64,000 bases of DNA, from the NCBI RefSeq assembly GCF_018977255.1, contig NW_024704742.1, forward strand, positions 61,692,001 to 61,756,000. Reading direction: 5' to 3'. Each line of letters opens with the position of its first letter. Within the stretch, counting starts at the first letter, position 1. Under the pieces are notes generated by a model, which searched no databases, was not told where the DNA came from, and was given only the letters and a program-made list of their open reading frames with translations. A program made the translations under genes and the position numbers. Below, piece by piece: positions 1 to 12,261 of this stretch. This DNA comes from Callorhinchus milii (taxonomy: Eukaryota).

Positions 1-553
1 GTGTTTGACCCTCATCTATCCTTTCTACCCCACCCACATCCATGCCATGACCTGCTCTGCCTTCCCCCACCTGCGCAACATCACGCGGCTCCACCACTGC
101 CTCACCTCTCAGGCCAACAAAACCCTCATCCATGCATTCATCACATCTTAGGTTCGACTAGGCAAACTCTCTGCTTGTCGGCCTTCCCAACTCTTCCCTC
201 CACAAGCTGCAGATCATCCAAAACTCTGCAGCTTGAGTCCTCTTCCACACAAGGCTCCATGACCCCATCACCCCCACCCTCGCCGGGCTCCACTGGCTCC
301 CCACCACCCAGAGGATAGAGTTCAAAATCCTCGTCCTCGCCTTCACGGAGCTGCATGGCCTTGTCCCTTCCTAATCTTTTAAGGTGGGTCTCAAAACCCT
401 CCTGATCAACCGAGCCTTCAGCAACCCTCCTACCCTCTCTACCCTCCACCCTCTTCGATCCGAACCCCAGCTTGGGTCCTGATCCTTGATCTGTCCAGCT
501 CCTTAGGACATCCTCCCAACATGAAAGGCGCTATGCAAATGTAATTTTGTATT
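1..553 (+). mobile_element. L2 LINE 3' fragment (tail type A)
   Basis: Degenerate 'LQIIQNSAA...LHWLP...IEFKIL' coding relic ending in ...gaaaggcgctatgcaaatgtaattttgtattg. Confidence 0.85.
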
Positions 554-945
554 GTATATCCATGTAAACTGGACTCTGTCAATATTTTTTGAGTGAGGCA
601 ATAAATGAGAGTTCCTTTCTGCTAAAAAATGCAGTTCATAAGATTTGTTTGTACTGTGTGGTCAGGTTAATTATTGTTTGGAAATGGCCTTGTTTTTTGG
701 CTAAGGTACAACAATTATGATGAGCTATTGGAAACCCGAAGAACAGGGACAATTTATGTCTGACGTAATTGATACAATAGTGATTAAGTAAGCCTTTCAA
801 CACAGGCTTCAGTTCTTGAGCAAAATAACCCTTGGTAAAGGTTTCAGCAGAATTGGGAAGTACAGGATAAATGAAAGCAATTAAAATGTGCAACAATAAT
901 TATAATCTTTACATATCATCCAAAATGTCCAAAATATTTATAGTA

Positions 946-1188
946 GTAGGCCATTCGGCACCTCAAGCCTGTTCCACCATTCTATTAGATCATGGCTGAT
1001 CTATACCTCAACACAAATTACCCATCTTTGTCCCATATCTTTTGATAACCTTAACTAACAAAAATCTATCCACCTAAGTCTTGAAAATTTAAATGGATCC
1101 AGCATCTACAGTCTTTTGAGGGAGAGAGTTCCAGATTTCCCTTTGCGTGACTACCCTTTGTGTGAAAAATGCTTCCTGATTTCACTCA
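946..1188 (-). mobile_element. CR1-type LINE 3' end fragment
   Basis: Similar to the adjacent CR1 3' end at 1220-1450 (gtaggccattc...gatcatggctgatcta). Confidence 0.75.
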
Positions 1189-1192
1189 TAAA

Positions 1193-2025
1193 AACATAAG
1201 AACATAAGAATTAGGAGCAAGAGTAGGCCATTCAGCCCCTCTAGCCTGCCCCGCCATTCAATAAGATCATGGCTGATCTATTCTAACTCCACCTACCTGC
1301 CTTATCCCCATATCCCTTAATCCCTTTATCCACAAGAAATCTATCAATCTCAGTCTTGAATATGTTCAAGGACTGAGCATCTACAGCCCTTTGGGGTAGA
1401 GAATTCCATAAATTCACTACCCTCGGAGTCAAGAAGTTTTTCCTCAACTCAGTGCAAAAGGGCTTACCCCTAATTTTAAGACTGTGACCCCTGGTTATAG
1501 TTTCTCCAACCAGGGGAAAAAGTCTCCCACTATCTATTCTGTTGTGCCCCTTAATAATCTTGTAGGTTTCTATAAGATCACCTCTCATTCTTCTATATTC
1601 TAGAGAATTTAGGCCTAAATTGCTCAAACCTATCCTCATAACTCATCCCCCTCATCCCTAGTACCAACCTAGTGAATCTATGTTGTACCCCCTCCAAGGA
1701 GAGTACATCCTTTCTTAAATAAGGAGACCAAAAGTGCACACAATACTCTAGGTGCGGTCTCACCAGGGCCCTGTACAGTTGCAGCAAGACTTCCCTACTC
1801 TTATATTCTAACCCTTTTGTAACAGATGCCAACATACCGTTAGCCTTCCTAATTGCTTGCTGTACCTGCAAACTAACTTTTTGTGACTGTTGTACAAGGA
1901 CACCCAAGTCCCTCTGAACGCTAACACTATCTAGTCTCTCCCCTTCTACAAAATAATCTGCTCTACTGTTTTTGCCACTTAGGTGGATGACCTCACACTT
2001 CCCTACATTATACTTCTTCTGCCAC
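1193..2025 (-). mobile_element. CR1/L3-clade LINE, 5'-truncated ORF2 C-terminus and 3' UTR
   Basis: ORFs 1593..1907 (LYRALVRPHLEYCVHFWSPYLRKD) and 1283..1639 (RRMRGDLIETYKI...RVVNLWNSLP). Tail (TTCTTATG)n. Confidence 0.92.
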
Positions 2026-2057
2026 CTCGTATAATACCCCTTCCCTTATTTCTCATA

Positions 2058-2665
2058 AATGCGTTCATTACATCCAGGCTTGACTATGAAAAATTATTGC
2101 TTGTCGGCCTCCCTAACTCCTCCCTCCGTAGGCTGCAGATCATCCAGAACTCTGCAGCCCATGTCCTCTCCCACACTAGGCTCCGTGACCCTATCACCCC
2201 CATCCTCACCCGACTCCATTGGCTTCCCATCACACAGAGGATACAGTTCAAGATCCTGGTCCTCACCTTCAAAGCCCTCCATGGTCTTGCTCCCCCCTAC
2301 CTCTGTGACTTCCTAACCCCTACCATCCTGCTCACTCCCTCCGCTCAGCGGGCTCCAGCCTGCTTCACGTCCCCCACCTCGCTCGCCCCACTATTGGTAG
2401 ACGGTCCTTCTACCACTCTGCCCCCACCCTCTGGAACTCCATCCCGCAGTACCTCCACCTCACCGACCTCCCTTGCCTCCTTCAAGACCCATCTCAAGAC
2501 CCTCCTCTTCAACCGTGCTTTCGATCTCCCTGCTTCCTCCCATGCCCTCCACCCTCCCTGAACCCTATCCCCAGCTCGGGTCTGAAACTCTGTCTGTCCA
2601 ACATCTTGGGACATCCTCTCGATGTGAAAGGCACTATGTAATTGTAATTTTGTTGTTGTTGTTGT
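2058..2665 (+). mobile_element. L2 LINE 3' fragment (tail type A)
   Basis: ORF 1983..2561 contains AFITSRLDY...LQIIQNSAA...LHWLP...FKILVLTFKALHGLAPPYL. Tail (TTG)n. Confidence 0.92.
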
Positions 2666-3989
2666 TCTGTTCGTTCCCCCTGAAATAGTGTTAAAAGCAT
2701 CTTCATGTTGAGTATGGGAAGGAACTTGCTAAAGACCTTAATATGAAAGGTGAAAGCTAGGAGGGAATTAGAAGCACATTATCTGTGGTAGAGGTTTCAG
2801 TGAGTTAACAACACTCAAGTGGGTCAGTTTACTCCTGTGAGTGACAATGATGGATTACAGCAGCTAAAAGCAAGTGTACAAAATTTGGCTGTAGATTTGA
2901 TTCTAATCAGATGCCAAATGATTTGCTTAGTAAAATAAAGTTCAACAGTCTGAAAAGAACAGGTGGAGTTATTTTTATCAGAAGTTCTCCCTTTAACCTG
3001 TTCAGTAATATATCATACATAGAATCTACAACACCAAAACAGACCATTCAGCATAAGTGGTCCGTACTTCATATGAACCTCCACCCCTCCTCATCTCCAC
3101 TCTGTGCCTTCCTCCCATACCTGTCTATTCTCGTCTCTTGAAAATGCATTGAGTTTCCTTATAAATCCATTGATGCTTTCTGCTTCAAGTACAGCTTTTG
3201 GGCAGTGAGTTTCACATTCTCACCAGCTACTTAACTCTCTGTTACATCCATTAGAGACTATCTTTCAGATCTGTCAGCTAGATTCTTTTATTAATTCAAG
3301 TTGCTGAAGTAGCTTTTTTATGTCAGTTATTTAGCATGACAATGCTTTTTGGGTCTTTGCGGCCTTCATCCACAAAACAAACTGCCACTTTACGTACATC
3401 CTGTGAAGTGCTTTGAAACCCACAGAAGTTTATTGAAGGTGTACAAAAAAATTGACTAAGAGAGAGAGAAATAGGGAGCAGGTGGAGAGAGAGCGAGAGG
3501 GGAAATGGGAAGGAAACGGATGGCGGAGAGAGTCAGAAGGAGGAAGGTGTTCAAAGAGAAATATAAAATAAATTTAGACGGCCAATACAAGTGAAATACA
3601 ATATCAAACATCTGGAATAAAAGTAGTTTGCATTCTAACTGTGGGGAAGAGGCGGCATACAGAAAAATTTACAAACTGTAACATTTGTGAAGTGCTCATG
3701 AATTACACAGTAGAATGATTGGGAAAGAGTTGGGGTAATGGGTATATAACTGATTTCTGTCTCAGAGGGAAAGTGCTACCAACTGAGCCAGGCAGATACA
3801 CCTTAGAGGTGGAAAGCAAGTTCCACACCTCGTGTGGGATATAAACACCAGCGAGACTGAATGGGCAAATGGCTTGTTTCTGAGATGTACCTTCTATGAA
3901 TCTATAAAAACTGCTGACCACATCCTTGCTGACCACTCTGCAGAGGTCAATGCCTTTCCACAATGAAATTTCCACATTGCAAAACCATG

Positions 3990-4270
3990 TTCAACCATAA
4001 CAAATTACATTTGTACAGCGCCTTTCATGTTGGGAGGACGTCTCAAGCTGCTGGACAGTCAAGGATTTGCACCAGAGCTGGGGGTTGAAATCAGGAGGGG
4101 TGGAGAGCAGGGAGGGTAGGGGGTGTAGGGAGACCGAAGGAGCAGTCAAAGAGGAAGATTTTGAGATGGGGCTTAAAGGAGGCAAGGGAGGGAGCAAGGA
4201 GAAGGCACTGTGGGAGGGGGGTTCCAAAGGGAGTTCCAAAGAGGGACTGAAGGCCTGACCGCCGATAGTG
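3990..4270 (-). mobile_element. L2 LINE 3' fragment
   Basis: Reverse-complement L2 tail caaattacatttgtacagcgcctttcatgttgggagg. Confidence 0.8.
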
Positions 4271-4739
4271 TTCATCCATATTCACCAATAATCACTAGTC
4301 CTGCTGATTTTGAAGTTGTGCCTTCCAATCCTATAATCACAGTCTATAAGTATCACTACATTTAAATACTAATATGAAGTCATACGTTGGCCAGATGTCT
4401 CACAGGGTTGCTTCCCTTTTCCTTTGCACAAAGAGAACCTATGGCACAAAAACATTTCCTGCCAAGCCTAATTTCCCTCAGCTTTTAGGAGAGCCATGTC
4501 ACTAACAAGATAGATATCATGTCATAGCACGATTATCTGGGAAGCGTTCCAATCTTCTACATGTGGATGTTTTCTGGCTCTGTTTTCACAGGACCTGGGA
4601 AATACCAGGAGACTATGAGAGACAGAAACAGCTTAACTGAATCATTATACATTACTTACATTGCTTAAAGGTGTAGTGTAAGAGATAGTTATAATAGAAG
4701 TCGGATTAACATTTTTTAACATCTCTGTTGTATTTGCTG

Positions 4740-5470
4740 CCAAGGTTTTTCGCCAACCCTGTCTCACCCCTTCGCCGGCTGATAGTGTTGTTTGTGCCTT
4801 TATGTGAGGTTAGACATCTTTAGTACTCTGCTTATCAGTCTACCTAGTCTCACTTCCACAACTTTTAAGTCATCCAGAGCTCTGCAGTCTGAATCCTCTC
4901 CCATACTAGGCTGCACATACTTATGATCTTCACCCTTGCCAGCTTACACTTGTTTCCAGAACTCCAGCAGATTGACTTTAAGATTCTCACCTAGATCTTC
5001 AAACCTTCAAACCCGGCATTCCACATCCCAATCCCAACAAAATTCACCTAATTCAAAACTCCGCCGACCGATTACTCACCCACACAAAACTCCATGCCCC
5101 CATCATACCAGTCCTTGTCAGGCTCTGCTAACTCCCAATTACTTATCCGATATGCTTACCCCCCACTACATCACCCTTTGCTTCCGCTCGGTTGGCTTCG
5201 GCCTCCTGTTTGTTCCTCATCCCCTTAGCTCTACAATCGGAGGGATGCCTTCAGCCACTACACCCCAAAACTCTGGAACTATCTTCTTCAACCCCTCCAG
5301 CTTGCCCCCTCCCTCCCCATTTTACAATCCCGCCTAAAGACCTTCCTTTTTGATCATGCATATGGTCGCCTTTCCCTCCCTCTCCCCCGGTTCGGTGTCA
5401 GACTTTGCCACTGTCAAGTGCTTCAGGACACTAACTTTCGTGAAGGACTCTGTATAAATACAAGTTATTA
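4740..5470 (+). mobile_element. Old degraded L2 fragment(s)
   Basis: Motifs ccttcagccactac...ctctggaact and aagaccttcctttttga, with tail ataaatacaagtt. Confidence 0.65.
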
Positions 5471-5654
5471 ATATATCTCTACATCATTGATGTAGCATTT
5501 CAGAATTTGGAAAATTATTGAATTCAGTTTTAATTTTGAAGGCCATTTTTTGTAGTTCTTGATAAAATTGCCAAAAAAAACCTTCATAATTAAGATCATA
5601 TTTATGAATTTGACAATTTTGGATGCCATGTGAATGGAGTAACTGTAAACCCAT

Positions 5655-6020
5655 GAGTAGCTTATATTATCTATGCTAACAGTCAATACAGTAGTGGAAT
5701 TGTGCTGCATTTATGGAGGTGCTGCCCTTTGGATGAAATGTTAAAACCGAAGTCACGTCTCCCTATTCAGGTTGATGTTAAAGATCCTATGAATCTAATA
5801 GAGAAGAGAAAGGGAAGTGAGTTCTGCCCGGTATCCCTGGCCGACAATCCCCCAATTTAAAATTAGATATTAATTTGATAGCTCTTTGTGGGACATTTCC
5901 GTGTGCAAATTAATTGTCGCGTTCGCCCACATAAACAAAATACATAGACACTCCACATATCTTGTGAAATACTTTGAGATCTCCTCCAGATGTAAAAGGT
6001 GCAACATTAAATGTAAGTAC
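5655..6020 (+). mobile_element. Deu-domain SINE (SacSINE1/AmnSINE1-like)
   Basis: ggaggtgctgccctttggatgaaatgttaaaaccga...caggttgatgttaaagatcctatg core followed by an L2-like tail. Confidence 0.75.
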
Positions 6021-6097
6021 ATTTAAATCCTGGCTAGCCAAACTAATGGGGGGGGAGGGGTGTGGATTCAATCCCACAAGCCGGAATTTCCAGCTAA

Positions 6098-6385
6098 GTG
6101 GAGTCCTGTAGCTCAGTGGTTAGAGCACTCATCTCGCAAGAGAGAGACTTGGGTTCAATTCCCAGCAGGGTGAAGCGATCGGCAAGTTTCCTTACTCCAC
6201 ACGCCTCTGTTTACCTAGAGGTAAGTAGGAACTCGGTTGTTAGTCAATTGGTGGATCGTGTTTCGCCCACAAAATATACAGTCAATTCACTTTACAGTAT
6301 ATCCAGTGAAGCTCTATGAGACGTCTCAAAGATGTGATAAGGTGTTATATCAAATGCTAGGATTATTATCATTACTATTATTAAT
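6098..6385 (+). mobile_element. tRNA-Ala-derived SINE, long variant with internal deletion
   Basis: A box tagctcagtgg, B box ggttcaattcc, core cctctgtttacctagaggtaagtagg, tail atatcaaatgctaggattattat. Confidence 0.85.
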
Positions 6386-9300
6386 TACATTGCCAGTAAA
6401 TGCCGGTACCAGCATTGTAATTGTTTGAATCCCGCAAGCAGAAGATAACTAATAAGCTATCTTCTGTTCACGGGATTCAAACCATCTGAGTCAAAGGCAA
6501 TATCACTGGCCACTGTGAAGGCCAGCGAACACAGTGAGACCATTCAGTGCAGCGTTGGTGTGTGCGGGGAGAGTGGGCTGGCGGCAGTCTTCACGCCGAC
6601 CCATGGAAATTTTTGGTGGAATTTTTTTTAATTTTTAGGTTTGGGGCCCGGTTTGGATTGGTTGGTATTCCAGATGCCCAAAGAAGTGACCTTTGGCCTA
6701 TTAGGTTGAATGGAGTAAATAAGAAACACAAAGTGTTTAATTTGCAATACTCATGAACAGGATTTGATGTGTTAATTGCAACCCCTATAAAACGTCCAGT
6801 TTGGAATCTTGACAAAATCATTGACTGTTCCTTTTTGGTTCCCTGAATTCTTCTGTTATTCTAATGGTTTTACTTAAACAAAACATTCCTTGAACCCAAG
6901 ATATCATCGTAACTGAGTATTGAGGGATTTTGCATCAGCTTTCCTTTGCCAGGAATTAAGGATGAAAAGCAACGGGTCCAAGAAAAACATGAAATAATGC
7001 TCAAATATCTCTGAAAGTTTCAGACTCCTAACAGCTGTTGAAATCAGGGGTGCCTTGTCCAAACAATAGACCTCAGTCAGAACAACACCATGAAGGTTCT
7101 AGATATATTGGTTGGTGCAGAGAATTAGAGAATTGAAAAAAATTGGTCTTTCACTTCATGACCTTTTATGGACATTACAAAGTGGCCAGTGCATTTGCCT
7201 AAAATACTGCCACTAAATTTCACAGTAAAATCTTATGAATTACTTTGAGATCGCTTGATGAAATTATAAGTTACTATATCAAATGCAAGGATTATTATTA
7301 CTGTTTAGGCATATTATAATAGTAATTTATGGTAGTGGTGGCATAACATTGCGGCACTGAATTGGGAAATGAGCATTATTCCCTAAGCAATAATTTGTCC
7401 AAATTATCTTCTGTTTTTTTATGTTTACAAACAGGTCAGAAAACAGAAATAAACAGCACAGTGGAATACAGTAAAAGTTGTATCAGTCTTATCTTTATAA
7501 ATTGTATAATCACTTATGTTATCGTCCTGATGTGAAAGTCGTGATACAAAATGTAAATTGTTGTTGTCATAAATCAAACTAGCTCCATTCAGTTTCTTAT
7601 TAAAACATTTAAATTTCTTCGCATTTGTTATATTTATCACCTCCTAACTCGTAACACTGCTCCCCTACCCTCCAATACTCCTGCACTTACTGGCTGCATT
7701 AAATCACCGGAAACCTAGTCTTGATCTATCGAGGCATGAGTAGAAGAACTTCATTTCCCACAATTCAATGCAATTCCAATACTTGCCAGTAAATGTGCAT
7801 ACAGCGATGGGTTAAGTTGCATTGAATTGCAGGAAACGTAGTCTTGACTCGTCACTGCATTTGCACTTACCGGCTGCAGTGACGAACTACCAGATGTACA
7901 TTTACCAGCTACATTAAATTATGCATGTGCAGTATAGGTTAATGATTAAACCGGATTTGATACGACAACAAGCTTACTTGAAAGTCTTTCTAAATGTTAA
8001 AGTCCTGACTGATACAACTTACGTGAGTTTTACTGTATCAGGTTAATATGACTTTGCAAAGAACAGGGTTCAATAAGAAACTGTCATACCACTTCATGGT
8101 GGAGGTGTTATCTCTATTGCTCCGCTAACAGTAAAACTAATACTCCAATTTAATGCACAGATCACTGTCCCTCAAATGACCTTAGTTACATGCCTAACTA
8201 ATGTCTCTGTATTATGATGTGTTTGTTTTGATAGGGTTTCCAAGGTATTTGTCACATTAATGTACTTTGCCCTCTTAAAGCTGTTTGGCCTCTTTAAGCA
8301 ATACTCAATCACACAATATTATGTTTCCACAATTGAGCCATTCTAATAAAATTTCATTGGTGGCTGCTACATTGCAGTTCCCATTCTTTCCATCAAATAG
8401 CCTCTTTATAATGCAGTGATTGAGATCCCTAAAATCCCAGTCTGAGCTGTAGTAAAGTGTGATAACTGGTTTCACTGTGCATATGTACAGCTAGCTGGCT
8501 TGCTCCCTGCAATTGCTAGATGGTGTGTTTAAAAAAAATGCTGCCTTACAGGTCATCAGGTCACTACCAAGATCACTTCCTGTTTGCTTTGCACATTCAA
8601 AGCAGGACTTGATGTTGGTGGTAACCTGATAAACACAACAAATTAATTTGTAACGCACCTTTCAAGTCAGGAAGAAATGCTGAACTGTCTTACAACTGCC
8701 TATATCAGTCAGTGCATCCCAATATTTTCGCCCCAAAAATATACAGTCAGTTCACTTTACAGTATATTCTATGAAGTGCTTTGAGATGCCTGTAGGACGT
8801 GAAAAGCGCTATATCAAATGCAAGGATTATTTATTATTTATACAACACATATCTTTACTTAATATTTCCCAAGTGCTCCCAACCACTCTCGTTCTCTATC
8901 CTGTATCCCTACTTTTGCTCCCTGGCTACCTGGGGGTCGGTCATGTTTTTAGGGCAAGAAGCTAAAATGAGTCTACATAGGCTTACAGAGCAAGGAGATC
9001 AACTCAGTTCCTGCAAACGTCAAATTAGGAATTACAAAACTGTGGTATATGTCGTGCAGATCGAAGCCACAGTGAGTGCTGTGGTTAGGAGATTTTTGTT
9101 CACACAGAGAGTTGTTGGGATGTCGAATGCCCTCCCAAATAAGGTGGTAAAGGCAGAGTCCACTGTGGATTTCAAGAGAGAAGTAGTATATGAAGGATAT
9201 ATGAAAATTAGAAGCGTGAAAGGGGCAGTGAAGCTAAAAGTGAGGATCAAATAATAATAATTTGGTTGCTCAATCCACGACTGCTTGTGGGACACTGCTG

Positions 9301-9859
9301 TGAACAATTGGCTGTTGTGTTTCATCCACAAAATATACAGTCAATTCACTTTACACTATATCCTGTGAAGCGCTTTGAGACTCTCAAATACATGATATCA
9401 AATGCAAGAATTATTATTATTATTAAAAGTACAGCTTGCTCTGAGAGCAGGTACAAACTCAATGGGCCAAATGCTTCCTTCTGTGCTGTAAATTTCTATA
9501 ATTCTATAATTATAGGATGCATTAAATATCCTTTTTCTTGTCATCAGTCATGACATAGAGTAGGGAACAGTCAGTTACACCTTCTTATGACTAAGAAAGC
9601 TCAAGCCTTGTACCACACCAGCATAGCTAAGGGCAAAGGTTGAGGATCTGAGATGAGATGATTACTGTTTCAGGTGAAACAACAGGTTATGAAATAGTAA
9701 TATGCAATAAGCATTCTAATCCCCCTCCTCCCACATCCCTCTATTCCCTTCCCTCTTGTGCATGCTTCCAGTTTCCTCTTATGATTCAGAATGGGTTACA
9801 AAGAAGGGTGGGTAAGGTAAGGATGCTTAAAACTCAATTCTATAAACAGTTTGATGCTA

Positions 9860-10150
9860 TAATCCTCACAATTGTGTTCAAATCCATTCACTCTCTGGCA
9901 CCTCCCTATCTCTCCGACCTCATCACTCCCCAATCCACCACCCAGCTCCTCCACTCGACTGACACCAACCTCCTGCCTCAATCCCTCAATCCCTCCACCT
10001 TGCCCCTCTCTCCCCTTTTCCTGGTCCCGCCTGAAGACCTTCCGCTTCGGCCGTGTTTTATGGCCACCTTGACCCCCGGCTCCACCACTGTTAAGCGCTC
10101 TGAGACGCTACCCTGCGTGGAGAGCACTATGTAAGTGCAAGTTGTTGTTG
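9860..10150 (+). mobile_element. L2 3' fragment (tail type B)
   Basis: ILTIVFKSIHSLAPPYLSDL relic. Tail aagcgctctgagacg...gtgcaagttgttgttg. Confidence 0.8.
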
Positions 10151-10434
10151 TTATATAATACAGGGATGGTCAACTTGCAGTCCGAGTGACTGTTTTACAC
10201 ATGCGCAATGTAGTCCCATGAGGCCTGCAGACAGCAAGTTGGCTATCCTTGCTATAATAGATGGATAATAGGTTGGTATTCTGGAACGATGAGATTTACT
10301 TCTATCTACAATAGGTACAGTGCATTTGCCTACAATATTTAGTAACCACACACATTACAGTATATTCTGTGAAACGTTTTGAGAAGTCCATCGTACATGA
10401 AAGGCACAGTATCAAATGTAAGGATTAATAAGAA

Positions 10435-10623
10435 GCAAAATAATAAATTGGTCACTTCAATCCATGACTGTTCGTGGGACACTGCTGTGCGCAATTTGAC
10501 TGCCGCATTTCGCCCACAAATATACAGTCAATTCACTTTGCAGTACATTCTGTGAAGCACTTTGAGACGTCTAGAAGACGTGAAAAACGCTATATCAAAT
10601 GCAAGGATTATTATTATTATTAT
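10435..10623 (+). mobile_element. SINE 3' half (shared tail)
   Basis: gggacactgctgtgcgcaat...gtgaaaaacgctatatcaaatgcaaggattattattattat. Similar partial copies lie at about 8720-8839, 9250-9424, 14750-14900(-), 18716-18830(-), 26457-26637, 44200-44399 and 48935-49113. Confidence 0.8.
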
Positions 10624-10894
10624 AAATATTACTGTATTAACATAATGGGTAAAAGAGCCTTCTTCGTTTGAACCTCTCTTGTGATAACTATTGACCAGTC
10701 CGTGGCTCTGACACCATCTCTTGAAAGAGAGAATAATCGTTGAAGCCAAAGCCGCCAGCTGCCACTATTGGAGATGTCAGACACACAGAGTCCAGGTTGA
10801 GGGATACTTGAAGCCACATTCACTGTTACGCTGCACAGGTGAGCAAGTCCAATTGCAGCAGCCAGTGGTTTAGTGTCCAACTCATCTCCCATGT

Positions 10895-11277
10895 CAGCAC
10901 ATTAGACTAACCGGTCAAGGCTGACATTCCAGAGCAGTGCTGGGGGACTCCTCCATTACTGGAGATGCTGTCCTTCGGATGAGAAGTTAGATTGAGGTCC
11001 TGTCTGCCTGCTCAGGCAGATGTTAAAGATCTCATGGCACTATTTAAAAACAGAATGTTTCCCACTGCATCTTTACCAACAATCCCCCAAATAATATTGG
11101 CAATCACATCATGGCCGTTTGAGGGATAGTTGCTATGTGGAAATCGGCTGTTGTGTTCTCTTACAAATCTGCAGTCACTCTTGACAGTATATCCTTTGAA
11201 AATCTTTGAGATATTTCAACAACGTGATACGCCGACAACATGATATATCAAACGCAAGGATTATTATGATTTATTAT
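10895..11277 (+). mobile_element. Deu-domain SINE ending about 60 bp upstream of copy A exon 5
   Basis: ggagatgctgtccttcggatgagaagtta...gatgttaaagatctcatggcactattt core. Tail atatcaaacgcaaggattatt. Confidence 0.8.
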
Positions 11278-11336
11278 TGCATATTAAAGGAAGACTGCTT
11301 CTTTGATCATGTTGCCATTTCTTCAAATCCATTCAG

Positions 11337-11413
11337 GTATTTACCCAGTACCATCTGGACCAGTATACACTGCCACAAAACATGGTGTGATTGGTTTCAC
11401 TCGAGCTTTAGCA
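11337..11413 (+). CDS. HPGD: HPGD-like gene copy A, exon 5 equivalent (77 bp): (G)IYPVPSGPVYTATKHGVIGFTRALA
   Basis: Acceptor attcag| and donor |gtgagt. Contains the SDR catalytic YxxxK motif (YTATK). Aligns with human [26 protein letters not shown]. Confidence 0.95.
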
Positions 11414-12261
11414 GTGAGTATATTAAAGACACAAATTCCTGCTTTTATCAACATGTTATTTCCTGCTATGGATAGCTATAGTACTTCAATAGATCTTAAA
11501 GGAGTAGTGCTCTCCATTGTCTTGCCCTAACCTACCTCTGTAGTCTTCTAAAACCCTACCAACCTACCCACTTCCTCTGTTGCTTGCCAGCTTGAGTTCA
11601 AATCTTCAACCGTCCAGCATCTTGGATGCCCTCCCATCGTGAAAGACCTTATATAAACACAGTTTGTTGTTGTTGTTGTGCTGTTTAAGAGGAAACCATG
11701 GGTCTATTGTGCAGTATTTCTTAATTGATTCCTTAATGTAGAAATTGAGAAGTTCTTGCTGCTGGCTCAGGAACACTATTGCAACTCAATATATTTTCGG
11801 AGAAGGATTCCCTCAAGTTGAAATCATTTCAAAGGCTACATCAAGGAAGACAACTCATTCTGATTTCCTAATTAAGAACTCTGATAACTAATTACACAAA
11901 ATTGACCCTGAAATTATATGATCACCAAAGTGACACAGTGGAGTGAAACAAATACTCAAAACACAGTGCCAGGTTTCCTGGTTATCTAAGGACTTTTTTC
12001 TAAGACAGAGGAGTCAGTTGTGCCTATCTCACAAGATCACAGGATTAGTCTGGATAAAGAAGGCCCCTAGCATATTTCCCCATCACTGGATCAATCAGCT
12101 TTTTAAACGAGTTCCAGTGCAGTCTGACCAGAGCTCTGTATAGCCTAAGAATGGTGTCTGGGGATCTAACTACAACTGATTTAGCCGTATAGCCCAGTAT
12201 CCTGTTGTGCTTCTTTACTGTTGCCTCACATTGTTTTGACACAGTGAGCAGTGAGTTCACT

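Noticed and set aside
2911..3141. 'KRTGGVIFIRSS' as a possible exon 4 of copy A
   Set aside because: No 97-bp exon with suitable splice sites, and poor similarity to HPGD exon 4. The true exon 4 probably lies upstream of the window.
6098..6172. tRNA-like sequences with A and B boxes (also at 30691, 36196, 42190-42266, 53340-53412, 59320-59391)
   Set aside because: No complete acceptor stem, and each continues into a SINE body and tail. These are SINE heads, not tRNA genes.
8720..10623. Recurring 'atatcaaatgcaaggattattatt' motif resembling an array repeat
   Set aside because: Irregularly spaced and on both strands across the window. It is the SINE 3' tail, not a CRISPR or tandem array.
11303..11530. 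ORF-track proteins extending beyond the exons (also 45510..45749)
   Set aside because: The extensions are read-through into introns past clear GT donors. Only the exon portions are homologous to HPGD.
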